Positions 57,094 to 64,000 of a stretch of 64,000 nucleotides of DNA are shown here, piece by piece. Numbering within the stretch: the stretch's first letter is position 1; each line of letters starts with the position of its first letter. Source of the DNA: Octopus vulgaris (taxonomy: Eukaryota). The position numbers and the translations under genes are program-made. Below the pieces are notes generated by a model, which saw nothing but the letters and a program-made list of their open reading frames with translations, was not told the DNA's origin and did not search any database. The DNA lies in contig OX597824.1 of the NCBI GenBank assembly GCA_951406725.2, positions 63,674,001 through 63,738,000 on the forward strand. Direction: 5' to 3'.

Positions 57094-58492
57094 TACACTC
57101 CAGCTGTATTTCTGGATAACTCACTCTTTCAAATAAATGAACTCTCTAATAGCATGTTTAAGCATTTTTCGTCACTCGGTTGTCTTCTGAAAAATCCATT
57201 TTGATACAGCCATTCGGCAAGTTTTCCGACTTTTGGTTAAATCTATCTCTTCTTTCCATTAGTCTTGGAATCATCATCACTGTGATTTGTCCCCTGAAAA
57301 AAGAATTCACGAAATAATGTCTACAATGTACATTTGAATATAGTTCGATAAAATATATTTAATTGCAATTTGATCACGTGACTAGGACATTAGAACAGCA
57401 GGTGAAGAGCTGACAGTTTTAATTTCCTATCGCAGATTTGTTTGGGAAAGCCACTAAATTTCTTATACTAAGTTCAAATTTGCCAGTTAAGATCTCGTAG
57501 TATGTGAAAAGAAACCTAACATTAACATGATGTGTCTCTGGAATTGATATATTCAGAATAAGAATATAAGAATAAGTGTTGCAATGACATAAAGCTGAAT
57601 TCTAACTAGAAACACTTAAAGCATTTATCTATGACACAAACGTTATCAACAGTTTACATCTTTCTACCCGAAAAACAAAATATATTATTGATTATTTCTA
57701 AAGAAAAAGAATTCATAATGAAATTTAAGTTTTTATCACAAATGTATGATTAGAAAATAGCTTCCGTTATTTTTCGGAATTTGTTATCTTAGAATATTGA
57801 CATGGGACACTTGTGTACAGAGATAGAAAGTTTCTTCAGAACGATGCCATGGGGATCCTAGTCATTTACAGGAGAGAACAGATACAATCATGCGAAGTTC
57901 TTTGCCAGCATACTACGAGTATTTGAAAGAATGTGAACCCGCACACACAATTTTCTTGCGCCATGAAATCCAAGTGATTTCAAAAACGTCTTTGTAACAG
58001 ATTTCTGCATGAGCAGAAGTTCTCTGACTCAACTTAGAGTACTCCTACCGTATTGCCGTTGGAATATTTTCCGTGTTTTAAATTGTGCCATAATGGTTTC
58101 AAATTTTGGCACGAGGCCGGGGAGGGCGATTAGTACCAGTGCTTAACTCGCACTCATTTTATCAACCCTGGAAGGATGAAAGACTTATTCCACCAATGCA
58201 TAATTTAAACTCAGAAAGTTATGGGTAGGAAGAAACACCGCAAAGCATTTTTCCTAAGGTTCTAACAATTCTACAAAATTGCAGCCTTCAAATTGTAATA
58301 TAATAATCTTGTTTCAATTATTGCATGTCATTTGTACAAATTGTAAAGTGGTTATTTCTAAAATGTCCTTATTGCTCACTCCTCTATATGTATTGTACCA
58401 CCACCCATATTTTTAAAGTCTATAATGTTGTATGTGCGAGCACACTGAGACTAACAAAGAATTGATAATAATAATAATTATTATTATTATTA

Positions 58493-58990
58493 TTGAATGA
58501 AAGAGCGATTCATGGCATCAAAATGACACTGGGGTACAAATATACGAAGCCAATATTCCTATCATGACTACCCGTCTGATAAGGGTACACCAAGTACATG
58601 CATTACAACCATATGTACTCGACATAGTGATATTATGACCTCGCAGTTAAGGCCCAGTTAGAATTTTCTTCACGTCGAGTAGCCTATCCGGCTCAAAAGG
58701 TGCTTGGATAAGGTCTGTTTAATGATGATCGGCAAAGCACCTATGTTTCAAGGGATAAACCCCAAATAATTCCTCTCAACACATGGCTATGATGCTACCC
58801 CACTACTTCCGCGCATGATCAGAGATACACATATCGTCAGCTACCAAGGGACATGCTCAACTGATTAAGATCAAGTAAATGTAGCATTGAGCAGAATATT
58901 TGGTGTATCCCATCTTTTACACCAAGACAAAGCATGCACATGATAACACTTCCAATCAGTTAACCCATGAGAGCCACTGCCAGGTACTTA
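58493..58990 (-). mobile_element. Family D repeat, diverged copy
   Basis: Collinear with 53301-53848. Confidence 0.75.
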
Positions 58991-59089
58991 TTAGCAATAT
59001 TTTGTTATCGTTGTCGGTGGTGGTAATGTCGTCGTCGTCGTTGCTGCTGCTGTTGCTGTTCTTATCAATATTACCATTATTATTATTAT

Positions 59090-60045
59090 TTAGTAGACTT
59101 ATTTCTATCACGTGCTTTCACTGCATCACCGAGCGCAGCTCTGTGTGCCTTGGGTATGTGCTGTGGTTTGTTGTGATGCTTTTATTTTTACTGTGTTGAA
59201 AGTGTTGTACGTAGGATGTGTGCGGTGCCTAGTAGTGCAATTTTCTGTATGTTATACATACTTGTTAGTACTGGTGTTTTTGTTACGTACTTGTCCAAAT
59301 ATTTTTTTTTATCACACTTGATGTGCCTACGATGACAGGAATTGTTTCTGTTTCCACATTTGAGTTACCTCTATTTCCAGATTTTTTAATTTTGGAAGTT
59401 TCTCCGTTTCTTTTAGAGAAACATTGTCATCTGTTGGTATTGCTACATCGATTAGAAAGTTTTTTTTTCTTGATGATCTCTGACAACTATATCCGGCCTA
59501 TTGACCTTAATTTCTCTATCTGTGTGTATTGGCGTATCCCATTGTATGGTTGCTTTCTCATTTTCTGTGACCTTTTCTGGCGTATTCCTATAACATCTTT
59601 TTTCTGCTGTTATTCCATAGTGTTGGCATAGCTTCCAGTGTATAAAGCTTACAACTCTATCGTGTCTGTGAATATATTCCTTCTTAGCCAGGACTGGGTA
59701 GCCACAGATAATATTTATTGTTTCTTGTCCATCTCCACATATTCTGCAATTACTTGGAATTTATTTTCATTACATGTTTTTTGGAAATTTCTGGTGGGAA
59801 GGCTTTGATCTTGTGCTGCAATTAAAAATCCTTCAGTTTCTGCTTTGATTCTTGAGCTTCTCAGCCATTGTTAGGATTTTGCTTTGTCTATTTCTTTTCT
59901 GTTTAGTTTAAGCCAGTATTTGCCATGAAGGGGTTTTCTTACCATCGTTTTATCATGATCCGTTGCTGTACTAGTTTTAGTTTGGATTTCAGTTGTTTTA
60001 CAGCTTTCTTTGTTTCTTCTTCTTCTTCATGTTGTTTTTGTTGTC
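59090..60045 (-). mobile_element. 3' end of an R4/Dong element (Zn-finger remnant, REL endonuclease, 3' UTR, TAA tail)
   Basis: KAETEGFLIAAQDQ, EYIHRHDRV, RPDIVVRDHQ and IQKIALLGTAHILR; ends at (TAA)n near 59080. Confidence 0.85.
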
Positions 60046-60209
60046 TTACTCTTCAGAACGCTCGGTCTTGTTTGTTCTGGCATATTCTGTGAGAGCGGAC
60101 AGCAGTCTGCTGTCAGAGATCTCACAGGGTCTCTTTCCGCACATTATAAGCTTTGATATTTGGTTGTTAATTTTCGTGGGGGCATTCAACATACAAATAC
60201 TAATCTCAA

Positions 60210-61305
60210 AATCGTAGTTGTCCCCAGTCAAGCAGTTTTGGGAGGCTTGTTCTGCTCTCATATCAATTCCGATTTCTCTGACATGTTTCTCGAACTTGGT
60301 TGTTAGTGCTCCGAGTGTCCCTACAACTACTGGAATGACCGACACTCTCCTCATAGTCCACATACTTGCAATTTCGTCTGTTAGTAATCTGTATTTTTCA
60401 GTCTTCTCTAGTTCTTTGTCACTTGTGCGTGCATCCCCGGGTATTGCAATAATCTCGGTTTCCTATAATCTTGGTTTCCTTTTTACCTTTATCTACCACG
60501 ACAATATCTGGTCTCCGAGTATTGATTAAGGAGTCACATTGGATTGTAGAATACAACGGTATTTCATATTCCTTCGTCTCAGTGACTCCTAGTTCATGTT
60601 CGCATCATTTCTGTGCTCTGTTCAAGCCGTACTTTTCATATAGCCTCAAGTGGACGAACTTAGCCACGTTATCGTGCCTCCTTTTGTAGTACTTTTAAGC
60701 CAGCTTGCTACACTAACTCACAATATTTGAGACAAAGGGCCGATCCGCTACTCTTGTCTATTTGGAACTTGGTGTAATTAGTTCTCACAGTTTGTTCCTG
60801 AGCGCTGCATATCAATGCCTCAGCGCATACTTTGAAATCACTTTTTGCTAGCCATCTCCAAGTGTTTAGCTTGTCTTTTCTTTCAATTTCTCTGAGGTAT
60901 TGCTCATTCAGTGGTTTCATTTTCCAATTTTTTACCCTTTCTTCATCTTGTTTCTTAAATGTTTGTGGTGCATGACATATTCGTTAGGTATTGTATTGTT
61001 AATTCTAACAGCGGCAAGCAAGGATTCGCTCTGCTGTTTGATGTACCATCCCAGATTTCGCTTCTGATTGCATCCTATGATGCATCTTCCTCCCCCCCCC
61101 TGTTCCAAGGCAAATACATTCTGTCAGTATCGCTTTTGGTGTATAGTTCCTTGTTAATTGTCATCATTTTTCTGGTTTTCCTGCCATTTCCTAAAGCTCG
61201 TTCTTTGTCCACCAAACAACACTTGCGCCATATCGCATTAAACAAACATGTGTTCATTGCCTTAATCTTGTTTCTCCATTGAGCCTACTTCCCATAATAA
61301 ATTTG
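60210..61305 (-). mobile_element. Second, different R4/Dong-clade 3' fragment
   Basis: DTDRMYLPWNRGG, EALICSAQEQTVRTNY and MWTMRRVSVIPVVVGTLG; bordered by (GGT)n at 61310-61440. Confidence 0.82.
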
Positions 61306-61309
61306 GTTA

Positions 61310-61438
61310 TTGTTGGTGGTGGTGTTGATGGTGGTGGTGATGGTGGTGGTGGCGGCGGCGGTAGTGGTGGTGGTGGTGGTGGTGGTGGTGGTGATGGTGG
61401 TGGTGGTGGTGGTGGTGGTAGTAGTGGTGCTGGTGGTG
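61310..61438. repeat. (GGT)n microsatellite
   Basis: Seen directly. Confidence 0.95.
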
Positions 61439-61993
61439 CATTAGCAAAATCGCTAAAATGCCGGGAGTAAATGCTTTGCGATATTTGTTCCAGCTCTTTA
61501 ACTTCAAAGATGTTTTTGTGGAGCTCCAAAAAAAAAAAAACGCGGATGGATTATGAGAGAGGTTTAACTTCTACTTGTAGCAGGTCGAGCAAGTACGCAG
61601 AAAATCCTTCTATGAATCTAGCTTTTTGCTTTCATCAGTGGTAAATGTTCCGCAATGCAAAACTATTCAAATTTCGACCAGTGATCTGCAATCATTTGCA
61701 GAAAAGTGGTTTACAAGCTTCACATGGAAAACTACATGAAATATCAAAAATAAACTTTCATTGAAAAATTACATCGCAGTAGGATATACATATTTTGATT
61801 AAGACTTAATCAAGCATTGCATTAATGTAGAATGAATGTTTGTATGCTTCTAATCAATTTAGATAATCTAATTGACTTTATCTTAGGCTAAAAGTTTAGT
61901 GGATTTTCTTTGCCTTATGTAAACAATTTTTGGATCATTTAGAGGCCTTACATAGAAGATATGTGCCCTTGAATTTTCAAGATAGATAGTTAA

Positions 61994-62064
<71 letters not shown>

Positions 62065-62808
62065 ATGTTGTAGAAAACTAATATTGATTTTTATAAGAAA
62101 ACATAGCGTTTCCCATTCGAGAAATATATTTGGAATGAAAATATAATTTATTGCTGCATATCGGCATTTGTAATATGACCCAGGCATTAGAGGAATAATC
62201 ATATAATTGAAGCAGCAAGTATTTGAGTCAAGGGCAATCTGAACTTGCACTCCCTAGCTGAGCTGACCTGGGGACTGACACGACCAACAACAACATAAAA
62301 CTATCTTAAACTGTCGAAGAAACGGGGAGAATAGACTGCAAACTATAAATGGCGAAAGGGTGTTTTAAAATACAGCACACGAATCACAAACATTTAATGT
62401 TTAGTGTAAATCTTACGCGATGAAGTGGCCTGGTCATAATTTAAGCCTATCGGAGATTACTTACCGACAATGAATCGCTAAAAATGTAATATATTCAGTT
62501 AATATAATGCGTATTTAAACAAAATTTCATGCACAATAAATTTCATCGCATATTTCGGCGGTATATATTACTTGAGGTAAACAATAGCAAATAAACATCA
62601 ATAATATTCATATGAAAAGCAACTTTAAAGCTAGAACATTTTATTAGTAGATCATATATAACTGTTCGATATAGTGATTGATAAACAAATGAAATATGTA
62701 CAACAAACAAGTACAACGGATAATTTCCTCGTTGTCTCTATTATATTATATCATATTATATATTGAATCCACAACAACATACAACACACGCTGATATATA
62801 TATATATA

Positions 62809-62848
<40 letters not shown>

Positions 62849-63170
62849 GTATGTAGGTGTGTATGATAGTATTGTATATTGTATTAAACAATGAGTTATA
62901 TTGCAGGTACAATATATATTATGTTGACTGAAGAGCTAATAAAATGAAAAGAAGGGATATATTCATTGCACCTTGTTCCATGTTTACATTTCAGTTTGTT
63001 TAGCAACTATAACAGATAGCAGTTACGTATCATCTAGTAATATATTGCAATAAATTCTCATGATACTTCTGCTGGTGACAATACTCTATCATTCATAGTT
63101 TCCAAATATACGCATCCAACATAAGGTATATGGGGGCATGTATACATGCATACACATATATATGTGTATG

Positions 63171-63232
<62 letters not shown>

Positions 63233-63298
63233 AGTGTAAATCACATAAATGGGAAACACGGAGGGAAGAAATAGTATGCGAACACTGGAAGTAGAGTA

Positions 63299-63508
63299 AT
63301 ATGCTTTATTATTGAATCTACAAAAACTTCGCAAAAAATCACAAAAAATCACAAACAATTGCTACTCGGAGTTTCACGTTCCCGTTCGTCGGACAATTTT
63401 GATTGAGAATCTCTGTCAAAACTGTCCGACGAGCTGAAACGTGAAACTCTGAGTGGCAATTTTTTGTGATCTTTCGTGAGATTTTTGTAGCTTCAGTAAT
63501 AAAGTGTA
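63299..63508. repeat. Imperfect ~95-100 bp inverted repeat carrying back-to-back hammerhead-like motifs
   Basis: 63299-63402 pairs with 63416-63508; 13-nt spacer. Confidence 0.85.
63357..63398 (-). ncRNA. Minimal hammerhead ribozyme variant (CCGACGA core)
   Basis: Minus strand: aattgt-CCGACGA-acg(ggaa)cgt-GAAA-ctc(c)gag-TA-gcaatt. Confidence 0.65.
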
Positions 63509-63531
63509 TATATATATATATATATATATAA

Positions 63532-63850
63532 AGCTTGCTTCACAACCACATGGATCTGGGTGCAGTCCCACTGCGGGGCATCTTGCGGATGTGTCTTGTA
63601 CTATAGCCTCGGGCCGGCCAAAATCTTGTGAGTGGATTTGGTAGACGGAAACTGAAAGAAGCAAGTCGTATATGCGTGTGTGAGCGCGCGCGCTTGAGAA
63701 CCGTTGCTGATGTGGCTAAGTCCCCGTAAGTTCAACGATTCAGCAAACGAGACCGACAGTATAAGTATTAGATTTACAAAGAATAAATGCTAGGGTCAAT
63801 TTCTTCACTTAAAACATTTTAACGCGGTGTTCCAGCATGTCCGCAGTCTT
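63532..63850 (+). mobile_element. tRNA-derived SINE (family A), 5'-clipped
   Basis: Collinear with 41890-42210. Confidence 0.75.
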
Positions 63851-64000
63851 ATATATAAAAGACATATGTTGACGTTATAGATGTTTTCATCTATCCAATA
63901 TAGGAGAACAGAATTTTAATTATGTAATATAAAGAAAATGTAGAGTGTGATCATAAAAATCAATTTATTTATATAATAGTCCATTTCATGTCGCCTACGC

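Noticed and set aside
57170-57295. Possible host exon on the minus strand after a TTTTTTCAG acceptor (similar case at 46300-46500)
   Set aside because: Short frames with no recognisable protein and no convincing donor; not supportable without transcript data.
61600-61642. Minus-strand CTGATGAA-agc..gct motif
   Set aside because: No GAAA or stem III follows.

Overview
AT-rich, microsatellite-saturated eukaryotic non-coding DNA. The repeat content resembles an octopod cephalopod genome; this is inferred from recalled SINE/LINE families and not verified. No host protein-coding exon, rRNA or true tRNA gene could be supported, and almost all short ORFs in the track are translated microsatellites. 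Identifiable content is mobile DNA: (i) a young, 5'-truncated but uninterrupted Penelope-like element (RT + Zn finger + GIY-YIG, Neptune-type) at 27521-30405 inside a (GATA)n tract; (ii) four decayed R4/Dong-clade non-LTR retrotransposon pieces beside trinucleotide repeats; (iii) a decayed Naiad-type PLE; (iv) two Mag-like gypsy fragments, one with LTR and PBS; (v) three Tc1/mariner remnants; (vi) three SINE-like families and a ~510-550 bp (TAA)n-tailed non-coding repeat; (vii) two near-identical tandem duplications. The most notable signal is a dispersed set of minimal type-I hammerhead ribozyme motifs (one with a fully canonical core at 8769-8811) plus three sequence-unrelated fold-back (palindromic) cassettes embedded in (TA)n, each centred on a hammerhead-like motif. 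All calls were made by eye; boundaries of decayed elements are approximate.
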